From a virus (lineage: Duplodnaviria; Caudoviricetes), in IMG/VR virus record IMGVR_UViG_3300032770_001058, positions 1-59,006 of that record: a DNA stretch of 59,006 bases. One strand, given 5' to 3'. Made by a program: the position numbers and the translations under genes. This document shows positions 9,042 to 19,038 of this stretch, piece by piece (the stretch's first letter is position 1; each line of letters begins with the position of its first letter). Below the pieces are notes generated by a model. The model saw nothing but the letters and a program-made list of their open reading frames with translations. It was not told the DNA's origin and made no database searches.

Positions 9042-11525
9042 ATGGAACCGAGAGCCATAGTTGAACAAATTCAGCGCGAGATTCTGAATTCGCGGCAAGC
9101 GGCGATATCAACAGACTTCGTCAATGCGTTGAACTTGATATCTGAAGTAGTTTTCTCCCGTAGCTCTGGATTCATTCTTGAGTTCCTGCAAAATGCCGAA
9201 GATTCCGGACTCGACCTCGCGAGCTCGGGGTGCTTCAACATTGCTATTAACAAGAAGAGAATCAAGCTAGTTCACAATGGGAGCCCGTTTATCGAAAAGG
9301 ACGTTCGGGCTGTCTGTGGTATTCGCTCTTCCAAAAAGCCGGAACGAGGAACTCTTGGGTACCTCGGAATTGGATTCAAGTCTGTATTCAAGGTGAGCGA
9401 TGCGCCTGAAATTCATTCGGGTGAATTTCATTTCAAATTCGACAAGGGCCATTGGTCCCCATCAGACAATGTGCCTTGGCAGGTAGTGCCCGTGTGGATC
9501 GAAGGCAGTCTGCCGCGTGTCCCGGACGATGCCACTAAATTCATTGTCCCTTTTAAGGATGCTGACTACTATCACACGCTTCGTTCTGAACTGGAACACC
9601 TAGGGACGGAACTCTACCTATTCTTGAAATGGCTTCGCAAAATTGAGATTACCGATGAAGTTACGAACGAGAAATGGACATTGCAGAACTTCGGAGAGAG
9701 GGACGACGTAACGACGCTGGGCCGAGACAGCACGCAGCAACGGTTTCGTTTTTTCCGCAAGGTCGTCACAGTGCCTGACGCGGTGAGGCGCGATCCGCTT
9801 ACACAACATTACCGCCGTAATGTCGTGGAGCGCGAGATTGCGATTGCGTTCGCCCTCGATGACAATAACAATCTGGCGCCTTCCGAAGCGGGTGCGATGT
9901 ACGGCGGGGTGTACTCATTTCTGCCGCTCGGCGAAGCACGCAGCGGAGCAAAATTCCCAATCCAGGCCGATTTTCTCGTTCAACCCGGACGTGACGCCAT
10001 CAATTACGAGGCGAAGTGGAATCACTGGCTTGTCGAGGAAGTCGCTGGCCTGTGCAAGACCGCAATTCACTATTTTAAGAAGCACCCAAGCTGGAAATAT
10101 CAGTTCTTGAGGGCATTTGACTTTACCAAATCGGCAGGTCTTGAATCTTACGACAAGTTGTTTGGTCCCAAGCTGATTGAGCCCATTACTAGGTTGCTGG
10201 AAGCGAGCTGCATTCCGACGAGCGACGACAAATGGGTTGCGGCGGCTGATGTGGTAAGGGTCAAGCCGGAGGAGCGCGATGCAATCGCGGCATTAGTCTC
10301 GTCAGGATTGCTGACCGACGAGAGCGAGATTGCCTCGGTGCTTGGCAACAGGAGCGGTCTCCATCTCGTACATCCGGATGCCGATGCTGGAGGCGTGCAC
10401 GTCAAGGATGTTGACCGATGGGACTTGCTGAAAAACGCCGACTACTTAAACAAACAAGCCAAGCGGGGCGATGCGGCGAAGTGGTTCCGTTCACTGTATC
10501 TCTGGCTCCGTGATTACCCCGCGCTGGAGAAGTACTTTTATCGCACCTGGCGCAGCAAGGCCAAAACATATCATCAATATGAGATAGTTCTGACGGGCGA
10601 TTCTGCTCTACTTAAAGGGGGCGCAGTGTCGTTCTTCGATGTTCCTGCTTCGGACGCGGTGAGCAAAGCGGTCGCGGTAGAGTTTGGGAAATCAAAAAAG
10701 CTCTTGCATCGTGACATCCTTGATGGCGCTCGTGATGACGTCCAGAGAGACGAGCTTCGAGCGTTTCTGACCGGCTACGCGGGCGTGCAGGTGCTTGACT
10801 CTGAAGTAGTATGTCGTGAAGCAATTCTTCCGAAGATTCTTGTCTCTGCAACGAAACCAAAGAGAGACGAGCTGTTGAGGCACACGCAGTATTGCTTTGA
10901 GAAGCTCGGAGCAGCTCTCCCCAGCGGAATCGAGTTCTGGGTTATCGGCAAACAAGGCGGCGTACGACCTGCGAAGGAGATGTTCTTCGCGACCGAGTTT
11001 AATCCGGAGCAAAACTGGGAGGCTAATAGCCAATTCGTTCCGGGGTTACACTTCCTCAGCCCCGACTATCTGCCAGCCCAAATCGACAGTGCTCAACAGA
11101 AGCTGTGGCGCGAGTTCTTCGTTCGCGGGGGAGTGCGGTCATCGGCCCCAGGTAGCATGGTTGAACAGTTTGCGATGAACTATGCTCAACAGGCATTGAC
11201 AATAAGGTGCAAGAAAATCACACCCGTAAACAAAGCGAATTACGGCTATGACTTGGAGGCCGTACTAACTACGACCGGAAAAACGCATCACGCAGGAATC
11301 CGAATCGAGGTGAAAGGTCAAACATCCGACAGTGATGTCGAATTGACTCCTGAGGAGACAATCGCTGCTGATAAACACAAAGGAAATTACTACGTGTCCG
11401 TCGTAAGCTCAATTCCCGAGAGCCCTGTTATGCATATGGTTCAGAATCCCGCTGCGCCGGGTGTCGGGAAGAAAGACAAGCTTACAATTCCTGTAAAGGT
11501 GTGGAAGCGTGCTCGGTGGCCATAA
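9042..11525 (+). CDS. Sacsin/NO VEIN-like GHKL ATPase with C-terminal DUF3883 nuclease (putative defence moron)
   Basis: ILEFLQNAEDS, HNG.PF...DV, GYLGIGFKSVF; C-terminal GYDLEA...IEVKG...LTPEE. Confidence 0.75.
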   Translation: MEPRAIVEQIQREILNSRQAAISTDFVNALNLISEVVFSRSSGFILEFLQNAEDSGLDLASSGCFNIAINKKRIKLVHNGSPFIEKDVRAVCGIRSSKKPERGTLGYLGIGFKSVFKVSDAPEIHSGEFHFKFDKGHWSPSDNVPWQVVPVWIEGSLPRVPDDATKFIVPFKDADYYHTLRSELEHLGTELYLFLKWLRKIEITDEVTNEKWTLQNFGERDDVTTLGRDSTQQRFRFFRKVVTVPDAVRRDPLTQHYRRNVVEREIAIAFALDDNNNLAPSEAGAMYGGVYSFLPLGEARSGAKFPIQADFLVQPGRDAINYEAKWNHWLVEEVAGLCKTAIHYFKKHPSWKYQFLRAFDFTKSAGLESYDKLFGPKLIEPITRLLEASCIPTSDDKWVAAADVVRVKPEERDAIAALVSSGLLTDESEIASVLGNRSGLHLVHPDADAGGVHVKDVDRWDLLKNADYLNKQAKRGDAAKWFRSLYLWLRDYPALEKYFYRTWRSKAKTYHQYEIVLTGDSALLKGGAVSFFDVPASDAVSKAVAVEFGKSKKLLHRDILDGARDDVQRDELRAFLTGYAGVQVLDSEVVCREAILPKILVSATKPKRDELLRHTQYCFEKLGAALPSGIEFWVIGKQGGVRPAKEMFFATEFNPEQNWEANSQFVPGLHFLSPDYLPAQIDSAQQKLWREFFVRGGVRSSAPGSMVEQFAMNYAQQALTIRCKKITPVNKANYGYDLEAVLTTTGKTHHAGIRIEVKGQTSDSDVELTPEETIAADKHKGNYYVSVVSSIPESPVMHMVQNPAAPGVGKKDKLTIPVKVWKRARWP

Positions 11526-11616
11526 CAGAAAAAACCGATTCACTTAGAGTCCCGCACTCCCCCTCTTGCCGATTGAGAAGTTATCCTCAATGCGCTTTAC
11601 TCCCCTTAAGGTGTAA

Positions 11617-12246
11617 TTACAGCGCTTCTTTGATTTCGTAGGAAACGGAGAACAAGCGGTTGGGGCCGACCGTCCAGGAGCGCTTGTTGCTCTTCAGGCG
11701 GAACAGGCCGGCGGGATTATTCAGGATGATGGGGTCGCCTTCGTTTGGCCCTTCCCGGACCGACGGCCAAATGTTGATGGTCGCGTCGCCCTGTTCGTCA
11801 GAATCTACGTCCTGGCCGATTACCATGTGCAGGCGCTTGCCAATTTGCAGATAGTCGCCCACCTTCAACTGCGCCTGAATGCTGGGTGCCCAACCTTTGG
11901 TATTCAGCACCCGCGCGCGCGAGAGATTCTGGCCAGCACAGAGCGGTTCACCGTTCGCCGCTCCGCTGGGAGTGAGGCCGTAAGGGTCGGAGAGCGGAAA
12001 GACGTTCAGTTTGCCGCGTAACTCGGCAAGAAATCCGCGCCAACGGCCTGCCTGGTCCGCCGACATCGGCGGCAGGGTCATCATGCCCTGCCAGAAGTCG
12101 GTCATCCAGTCCTGCTGCTGCGCTGCACCGCTGTATGGGCTGGCGACTTCGCCGATCAAATCGGTCAGGTCCCATTGCACCTGACGAATGCCAGGGGAAT
12201 CGGGCATGCCGATGATGTTCCAGCCATTGAAGGTTCCGATGATCAT
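11617..12246 (-). CDS. Distal tail (Dit)-like protein
   Basis: SPYSG..Q.QDW, W.GFLAELRG, LKVGDY.QIG.RLH.V, I.IWPSVR; position after the tape measure block. Confidence 0.65.
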   Translation of the reverse strand: MIIGTFNGWNIIGMPDSPGIRQVQWDLTDLIGEVASPYSGAAQQQDWMTDFWQGMMTLPPMSADQAGRWRGFLAELRGKLNVFPLSDPYGLTPSGAANGEPLCAGQNLSRARVLNTKGWAPSIQAQLKVGDYLQIGKRLHMVIGQDVDSDEQGDATINIWPSVREGPNEGDPIILNNPAGLFRLKSNKRSWTVGPNRLFSVSYEIKEAL

Positions 12247-12803
12247 TGGGATAAAGCCCGCCGCAGTTCGCCGAGCGCCTTTGTGCGGATTTGCGAGATG
12301 CGCGATTCGCTGACGCCGAGCGCGCGCGCGACCGTGGACTGATAGGGCACTTCGTTGCCATCGAAATACAGCCGGCGTATCACTTGGCGCTCACGTTCAC
12401 ACAGGGAATCGACGGCGGAGGCGAGCTGGCGCGACCGCTCGGCCTCGATCGCATCACGCTCAGGATCATCGGCGGAAGTCAGGGTTTCGCCAATGGTCAG
12501 CTCGTCGCCGTCGTTGTCGCCGAAAACCGGCGTTTCCAGGCCCAGGATGTCCGGAACGCGAAGCTGATAACGCCCGCCGGGAATCTGCGCCCGCACGAAG
12601 TCATACATCGCACCCTTGATGCGGCGACGGGCAAACTTCGCCAAACTCGGGACCTTGCCGGGAACGTACCGCTGCTGGGCTTCCAGCAAGCCGATGACGC
12701 CTTCCTGCATGAGGTCCTCCAGCGCCACATGCCGAAACACGCGGAAGTGGATCCGGCGGGCGTAGAGGCGCACCAGGACCATCGCATCTTCAAATTCGGT
12801 CAC
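12243..12803 (-). CDS. Sigma-70 family sigma factor, FliA/WhiG (sigma-28)-like
   Basis: Region 2 EDLMQEGVIGLLEA..RY...FARRRIKGAMYD; region 4 L.ERERQVI...Y...VARALGVSESRISQIRTKAL..LR. Confidence 0.85.
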   Translation of the reverse strand: MTEFEDAMVLVRLYARRIHFRVFRHVALEDLMQEGVIGLLEAQQRYVPGKVPSLAKFARRRIKGAMYDFVRAQIPGGRYQLRVPDILGLETPVFGDNDGDELTIGETLTSADDPERDAIEAERSRQLASAVDSLCERERQVIRRLYFDGNEVPYQSTVARALGVSESRISQIRTKALGELRRALSQ

Positions 12804-12813
12804 TGGGCGCCGG

Positions 12814-15800
12814 TTATTGAATCGTCGAGCACCAGAACATGTCGCCAGTCACCTTGTCGGTAGCGGCGACATTGAACTGCAGGTAGATGGTGGCCGGGTT
12901 GTTCAGGTTCTCCGACCAGGCTAGGCCGGTGTAGGGCGATTCGGTCGTGCCGCCGAACGCGGCCCAAGGGATGTTCACGACTTGAGCCGTGAGTGACGCC
13001 GGCGTGAAGATTTCGATTGAGACATCACCGCCATTGTTGCCCGTCGTGAAGGTCGTCGGGTAAGAGTAGGTCGTCGCTCCCAACTTCCAGTACATCGTCA
13101 CCGCCGCACTGCCTGTGGTATGGCGCAGTCGCCCGAAGCATTTCACTCCGATGCCTACCGAGAACGTGCCCGATGGAATGCTATAGCTGTAGAGCGTCGC
13201 GGCCGAGCCGGTCCCACTGGTCGCCGCCGTGGGCCCTTGCATCGAGCCGCTGAGAACGTGCGGGAAGCTGGGCTTATTCGCCAGATCGTTGTAGCTGCCC
13301 GAAGTCGCGACGGTTGCGGGCGTCTGACCGTTGATCTGGTTGGCATTCCACTGTGCGGTCGCGTTGCCCACATCAGCCGGTGTCACCGTAACGTCGCTGG
13401 AGAGCGGATGCCCGTTCACTTGGCGCGTCGGCGGCACGCCGCAGCCAGCGCCGATGCAGCTTCCGATGTGCGCGGTCGTCGCGTCCACGTCGGCGGCATA
13501 GATTTCCGGCCAGCGCTGATTCGGGTCGCCGAGCCAGCGCGTGCTCGAATCACCCGTCGCCCAGATGGGAACGAAGGTCCAAGTGGTCTGATCGTAACCG
13601 GGATTGGTCCAGCGCCAGCCCATGCGCGCCTGATATTCCGGCGTCTGGCCGAACATGGAGCGGTTGAAAGTCCCGAACTTCACTCCGCCGTTGAAGTATT
13701 TCGAGTTGTCGCCGTTGCCGATCGCGGCGATATCGGTCGAGGCGTCGCTGCCCGCGCCGAACATCTCTGTCGGCACGCCGTTGGGATTGCCCTGCATGAA
13801 GGTATCGGGCAGGAAGGTGAAAGCTTGATTGCCGAACACCACGCCGTTGCTGAGATAGTTCACCGGCTGCTTCGTCGTCTGCGCTACATTCACGATCAGC
13901 TTGCTACGGGTAGTGTCATTCAGGATGTTGGTGTACCCGTTTAGGTAGAAGTTGGCTTCGGTGAGCTGGATCGAACCAGGGCCGGCATTCTTGATGAAGT
14001 TGACCTGACTGGTGCCGAAGGCATAGCCGCCGGAAATATTCAGGCTCGCGAGGATCGTGTCATCGGTGCTAGAGACCAGGATCGCCGGGTCCTGCACCTG
14101 GGCGGGGCAGATCGAGGCCTCTGCTTCCGCCTTCAGGCCGTGAATGTCGAGCGTGCCAGCCGCATTGTAGTTCGCATTGATGAGCGCGGTTTGGTTGCAA
14201 TCGCCGCTGATGCCGTTCAGCACGCCGACTCCCGATAGGTTGGTAAAGGCCACGCCGGAGCCGTGCACAGCGCGGTTCGACGTGATGTTGTTAACCGCCG
14301 ACTGCGAAGCGGAATAGCCGATGAATTCCAGGTTGTTCGCGTAACAGGCCGAGAGCTCGACGTCGTGAACTCGCGCCGTCTCGCCCAGGTTCTCGATCTT
14401 CAGGCACTCTCCGGCCGTTTGGTTCGCGCCGTTGCCGACCAGGCGTATGTTTCCGATCTCGCCCCAATGCCACCATTGCGGAGTCGCCGTTCCCGTGCCG
14501 ACCGTCGAAGTCGCGATCAGGTCCGCATTCAGGCCGTTCGCGGGCTGAACGATGGTGCCGTGATTGGTGGACGCGCCTGCGCCCACCAGGTGCGCGCCAG
14601 GCTGCAGGATGATGCCGGCCGTGACGTTGTTATTGCCGTTGTTGTAGGTGACGGTGGAAGAGATGGTGTAGACGACAGGCGCGAGCTGGACCGTAACCGA
14701 GTCCGGAATGTTGAAGCCCGGGCCACTGTAGTTCGTGGCGCGGTCATCGATCACAGCGCCCGTGACCTGGCCGCTGCCCACAGCGGCATTGATAGCCGCT
14801 TGGATCGAGCTGTAGTGGCTGACCAGATAGGCGACGCCGACCAAGTTGTTGTAGGTAATTGTGCCGTTGAAAGTCTGCTCGGCCGTCCAGGTATAGGGAT
14901 TGCTCGTGTTGACGCCGCTGCCCGAATTCTCCCAATCGTAATCGTAGTTATTGTTGCTCTTTTTCGTGAGCGACTGGCCCAGCAGCCCACCCGGAGGAAC
15001 GATGCCGTACAGCAACGGAAATTGCGGCGGCGGAGGCAGGTAGTTATCGAGCAGGAAGATCGGGCCGGTGATGTAAACGCCGGCATAGTCGAGAACCGGC
15101 TTCCCTGAAGTCTTGTCGGTTACCGTGACGTGGTAGACGACGTTGGCGGGCGCGGTCTGCGAGGAATCCGGAACCCAAAGCGAGCGGTCCGGGATACTGC
15201 CGCGCGTGACGATCGTGCACAGCGGACGCGTGATGACCTGCCCGCCGTTTCCGGCCCTGAAATTCAGCGGCGCATTCTGCGGAGTCGTGCCTTGGATGCA
15301 GAGCTGGCCGCTCTGCAGCAGATTGCCACCTGCGTCGAACAGGTTGTGCGCCTGGAACTGGGAGCGGTCATTCACCCCGATGCCACCCACCGGTACTGTG
15401 ACCGTGGGAGTGCTCGGGTCATTGGAGGTTATCACCAGCGTGGTTGAGTAGGCCTGCTGGTTCGGCGGCTGAAAGGTTAGAGAGACCGTGCAGCTCTGAT
15501 TGGGAGGCAGAACATCGGCGAACTGGTCGCAGTTCGTCGTCGAAAGGCTGAAATCCGTCCTGTCGTTCAGCACGAACGAGGTCAGCGACAGCGGCGCCGA
15601 TCCTGAGTTCTGAATGGTGACGACGCTCGCTGGGCTGGTCATCCCAATTTGCACGTTGCCAAAACTGACCGAGCTCGGTGTTACCGTGATCTTCGGCACG
15701 TAGGAGACACCGGTACCGGTGAGCGTGACATCCACCGGAGTTCCAACGCTGCTGGCTACGTGAATCGATGTCGTGTACGGCTGCGCGTCTGTGGGCCGAA

Positions 15801-16479
15801 AATCGATTGAACTCTGACACCAGTAACCGGGCTGCAAGGGCTGGGTCACGATGCAATGCGTGCCCTTCTGAGGATCCAGGCCGAGTCCCGCAGGCGGTGT
15901 GCCCGGGTCCATATCGTTGTCGTCCCAATGGCTGCCGTCGCCCAGCGTCATATCGCTCAGCGTCCATGCTGAGGGAGAGACATTGGCGATGGTCAGAATT
16001 TGATTGGGACTCCTCTGTCCGACCGGCCCCGTACCGAAATCCATGCTCGACGGTACGACTAACATGGGGCCGGAATACGAGATTGTGGCCGTGAGCGGGA
16101 AGGCGCCATCGACGCAGCCCACACCCGCTGTGTTGACCTGCGCCATCACTTGCGGTTGCAGCCCGGTAAGCACTTCATACGGGAAATCGTTCGCTGGCAG
16201 CGACCACTGCAGCGCGCCGTTGGTCAGCGTCAAGGTATAGATCAGGTTCTGGTTGAGATAGAGCCCGATCACCGGCGCTGTAGTGCAGCCCTGTAACTGC
16301 TGAGCGGCGCGGATTGTGAAAGAGAGAACCACCTGCGGCTGATTCGTCTGCAGCAGTTGGACGTTCGTCCACTGCATGTCATAGGCGAGCAGACCGCTGG
16401 CCTGCGATTGCGCGAACGCGGGCCCGGAGGCCAGCGCAAAGAGAATGGCGAGCGAAGCGAGAGTGTGCTTAATGTTCAT
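12814..16479 (-). CDS. 1221-aa modular protein: signal peptide, two Ig-like (ASH/choice-of-anchor D) domains, beta-helix tailspike-like region, tail-fibre motif
   Basis: MNIKHTLASLAILFALASGPAFA-Q; V.P.S..FG...G..S....TI.N.G..PL..CTV..TF.P repeated; SIQAAINAA followed by Gly/Asn-rich beta-helix; VPPTRQVNGHPLSSDVT. Confidence 0.6.
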   Translation of the reverse strand: MNIKHTLASLAILFALASGPAFAQSQASGLLAYDMQWTNVQLLQTNQPQVVLSFTIRAAQQLQGCTTAPVIGLYLNQNLIYTLTLTNGALQWSLPANDFPYEVLTGLQPQVMAQVNTAGVGCVDGAFPLTATISYSGPMLVVPSSMDFGTGPVGQRSPNQILTIANVSPSAWTLSDMTLGDGSHWDDNDMDPGTPPAGLGLDPQKGTHCIVTQPLQPGYWCQSSIDFRPTDAQPYTTSIHVASSVGTPVDVTLTGTGVSYVPKITVTPSSVSFGNVQIGMTSPASVVTIQNSGSAPLSLTSFVLNDRTDFSLSTTNCDQFADVLPPNQSCTVSLTFQPPNQQAYSTTLVITSNDPSTPTVTVPVGGIGVNDRSQFQAHNLFDAGGNLLQSGQLCIQGTTPQNAPLNFRAGNGGQVITRPLCTIVTRGSIPDRSLWVPDSSQTAPANVVYHVTVTDKTSGKPVLDYAGVYITGPIFLLDNYLPPPPQFPLLYGIVPPGGLLGQSLTKKSNNNYDYDWENSGSGVNTSNPYTWTAEQTFNGTITYNNLVGVAYLVSHYSSIQAAINAAVGSGQVTGAVIDDRATNYSGPGFNIPDSVTVQLAPVVYTISSTVTYNNGNNNVTAGIILQPGAHLVGAGASTNHGTIVQPANGLNADLIATSTVGTGTATPQWWHWGEIGNIRLVGNGANQTAGECLKIENLGETARVHDVELSACYANNLEFIGYSASQSAVNNITSNRAVHGSGVAFTNLSGVGVLNGISGDCNQTALINANYNAAGTLDIHGLKAEAEASICPAQVQDPAILVSSTDDTILASLNISGGYAFGTSQVNFIKNAGPGSIQLTEANFYLNGYTNILNDTTRSKLIVNVAQTTKQPVNYLSNGVVFGNQAFTFLPDTFMQGNPNGVPTEMFGAGSDASTDIAAIGNGDNSKYFNGGVKFGTFNRSMFGQTPEYQARMGWRWTNPGYDQTTWTFVPIWATGDSSTRWLGDPNQRWPEIYAADVDATTAHIGSCIGAGCGVPPTRQVNGHPLSSDVTVTPADVGNATAQWNANQINGQTPATVATSGSYNDLANKPSFPHVLSGSMQGPTAATSGTGSAATLYSYSIPSGTFSVGIGVKCFGRLRHTTGSAAVTMYWKLGATTYSYPTTFTTGNNGGDVSIEIFTPASLTAQVVNIPWAAFGGTTESPYTGLAWSENLNNPATIYLQFNVAATDKVTGDMFWCSTIQ

Positions 16480-16483
16480 AAGA

Positions 16484-16511
16484 GATTTCGAAATGACATC
16501 ACCGCGATTCG
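16484..16511. promoter_or_regulatory. 11-bp-phased GATATC-like repeat, site 3
   Basis: GATTTC gaaat GACATC accgc GATTCG; 4 nt from the ATG at 16479. Confidence 0.4.
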
Positions 16512-16530
16512 GGTGACAAGTTGGGCCGGA

Positions 16531-19038
16531 TTAGGCGGGTTGCGAGAGTGGACGACGGCGGGCCATTTCGGCAACCGCCGCGTATGCGGTATTGATGGCC
16601 GAGCCATGCGCCGCCACCAGCGCGCGATGCACGCGCGCCTCGACATCGGCGGCATTAGCGCCGCGCGCGTCGATGTAGTACATGGCGCCCGTGCCGATTT
16701 TGCTGTTGGGCGTGATGTGCCCGCTCACCATCGGAGTGAAGGTTTCGCGGCCCATCTCGCCGACATCGTAGGTCAGGCCGGCTTGCACGTCACCGCCTCC
16801 GGCTAAGTGGCCGGTCACTCCACCGATCAGGCTCGAAAAGAAGCCGCCGCCCAAATTGCCGATCGAGGAGAAGATCGAAGTAAGAATCGAACCCAATTTT
16901 CCGAACACGCTGCTCAGAGTCGAGCCGATCTCCGACATGATCTGGTTCAGACCTTGAAGCTGAGAGCCGCCCGTTTTGTCGGGTACTGTGCCCGGCACGC
17001 CAGCGTCGTTCGTGGGAGGAATATCGGTGGGCTGAGCTCCTGGAAACGGCACGCGCTGTCCGCCCGGAGCCGTGCCTCCCCTGGGCATGTTGTCGACCCA
17101 GACGTGATAACCGTCTTTCTTCGCCGGTTGCTTGCCCGTGATCTTACCGATCACGGCGGCTTCCAGCTTCTCCAGGCCGAGTTTCGCAAACTGCATGGCG
17201 ATGCTTCGGAAGAATTCCGACCAGCTCGCGCGCGACCCGGTCAACAATCGCGCCAGTTGCTCATTGAGGCTCTGAATGGCCTCTCCGAAGATGCGCTTCA
17301 GCTCCGCCGCTGCGTTCGCGGCATCGCGCGTGATCTGGTAGAACACCGCTGACCAGGTGTTGGCGAGGGCCTGGCCCTGCAGTTCGCCCATCGTCTTTTC
17401 GAATTCGGCTTTCAGCTTCTCGATCTCGTCCTTGAGCCGCTGCACTTCGGCGAGAGCGTCGGGATTAATGATCGAGAGCGTTTCTGCCGACTTAAGCTGC
17501 TCGGAGAGGCGCTTCATCAGCGCGTCGAATTCGACGGTCGCGACGTCCATCTTCTCCTGCACCGCTGCCGCGGCCGACAGCTGCCCGGTGAATACTTGCC
17601 AATTGATACGGCCGTTTTCAAGCGCGGCATTCTGCTTCGCCTGGGCGAGTGCCGCTTTATCTGCGATATCGAGTGCCTTTTGCTGGCCCTTGAGTTGTTC
17701 CGGGTTGTAGACGCCGATCGGAGTCGGCTGCGGCGCGGGTGGGACGCTGCCGGCGGGCATCTGATAGAGCCGCCCGGTCAGTGTCGCTGAGCCTCCGACA
17801 CCGACCGGCTTCATTTTGCTCAGGCCGGAGAAGAAGCCATCGTTCGCTTTGCGCGCGTCTTCCTGCAGCTTCAGCCACTCCTGGTTAAGCTGCCTCTGGA
17901 GCTCACTGACGCGCTCATGCACTTCGCGCCATGCATCGCTGCCTTTGGCGAACGTGTCGAGGTACTGCAGCCAGAAGTTGCGCTCTTCCATGACGAGCGC
18001 TTCGTGGCCGTTCTTCGACTCTGCGAGTTGCTGCTTGAGCTGGTCCTGCAGGTCTTTGAGGCGCGCGGCGGCGGCGGTTTTCGCCTGCTCCTGTCTGTCC
18101 TTCTTGTCCTGGTCGGCTTGCTGCTGCTTCGACAGGTCCGCATTCTGCTGCTCGAAGTTATTGAGGTCCTGCCGCGCGCGTAGCACTTCGGCGTAATCGC
18201 GATAGTCCTGCTGAATCTGGTCCGTGCCAGCGGAGTAATGTTGCGGCGCCTCTTTCGCCAGGCGCTCCGAGTCTGCTTCGCGCTGCGTGAAGAACTTGTC
18301 CAAAGCAGCGTGCATGTCGCGGTTCGCGTCTTCCGTCTCTTTCGGCGTTTTCGCGGCGCGGACTTTGGCGGCGCCCTGGCGAACGATGTCCTGATACTGC
18401 CTCTCCATGGCGTTGATGTTGAATTCGGCGTCGCTGGTCCCAGCTTGGCCCGTCAATGCACCGCCCATGACGCTCAGATGATGCTGCGCGAGCAGGTCTT
18501 GCGTCGCGCGGGCCGCACGAATAGAAGCCTCGGTGAGTTTGTCGGCCGCAACCCGTGCCTCGTCGAGCGACAGCTTCAGCCGGTTGCTGGGCTTGTTCTC
18601 CAGCTTGGCGATCGTGATCGCGAGTTTGTCGTTGGCTACGGCGAGCTCGTCGGCTGCCAGGCGCGTGGAGTCCTGGATCGACACAAAGGCTTCGTGTGAT
18701 TTGTCCTTCGCCTCCTGCGCCTTCTTGATGAACTCGTAGACCTTGATCCCAGCATCGATCAGCACTTTGCCCAGCGCTACGACTGCAACGGTCGAGAACG
18801 CCGACGAGAGCAAGGGCGAGACACCAGGCAGGCCTGCTAAGAAGCGCTGTAGATGGCGCGGCATATGCACGCCGATCTCTTCGCCGAGCAGCATGATCGA
18901 GCCGCGCGCCTCCAACATCGACGACGACATTTGCCGCGCGGCCGCGCGCGTCTCCTTGGCCGCGTCCTGCATTTGCGCGCGGAAACGCGCGAACTCGGCG
19001 CGGAGTTGGATTTCCAGTTGTGCGACGGTCTTTGCCAT
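16531..19038 (-). CDS. Tail tape measure protein
   Basis: Long helical Ala/Gln/Glu-rich protein; C-terminal LAGGGDV.AG..Y.VGE.G.E.F.P...G.I.PN motif. Confidence 0.85.
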   Translation of the reverse strand: MAKTVAQLEIQLRAEFARFRAQMQDAAKETRAAARQMSSSMLEARGSIMLLGEEIGVHMPRHLQRFLAGLPGVSPLLSSAFSTVAVVALGKVLIDAGIKVYEFIKKAQEAKDKSHEAFVSIQDSTRLAADELAVANDKLAITIAKLENKPSNRLKLSLDEARVAADKLTEASIRAARATQDLLAQHHLSVMGGALTGQAGTSDAEFNINAMERQYQDIVRQGAAKVRAAKTPKETEDANRDMHAALDKFFTQREADSERLAKEAPQHYSAGTDQIQQDYRDYAEVLRARQDLNNFEQQNADLSKQQQADQDKKDRQEQAKTAAAARLKDLQDQLKQQLAESKNGHEALVMEERNFWLQYLDTFAKGSDAWREVHERVSELQRQLNQEWLKLQEDARKANDGFFSGLSKMKPVGVGGSATLTGRLYQMPAGSVPPAPQPTPIGVYNPEQLKGQQKALDIADKAALAQAKQNAALENGRINWQVFTGQLSAAAAVQEKMDVATVEFDALMKRLSEQLKSAETLSIINPDALAEVQRLKDEIEKLKAEFEKTMGELQGQALANTWSAVFYQITRDAANAAAELKRIFGEAIQSLNEQLARLLTGSRASWSEFFRSIAMQFAKLGLEKLEAAVIGKITGKQPAKKDGYHVWVDNMPRGGTAPGGQRVPFPGAQPTDIPPTNDAGVPGTVPDKTGGSQLQGLNQIMSEIGSTLSSVFGKLGSILTSIFSSIGNLGGGFFSSLIGGVTGHLAGGGDVQAGLTYDVGEMGRETFTPMVSGHITPNSKIGTGAMYYIDARGANAADVEARVHRALVAAHGSAINTAYAAVAEMARRRPLSQPA

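Noticed and set aside
12814-16479. Diversity-generating retroelement acting on the tail proteins
   Set aside because: No reverse transcriptase and no template/variable repeat pair seen.
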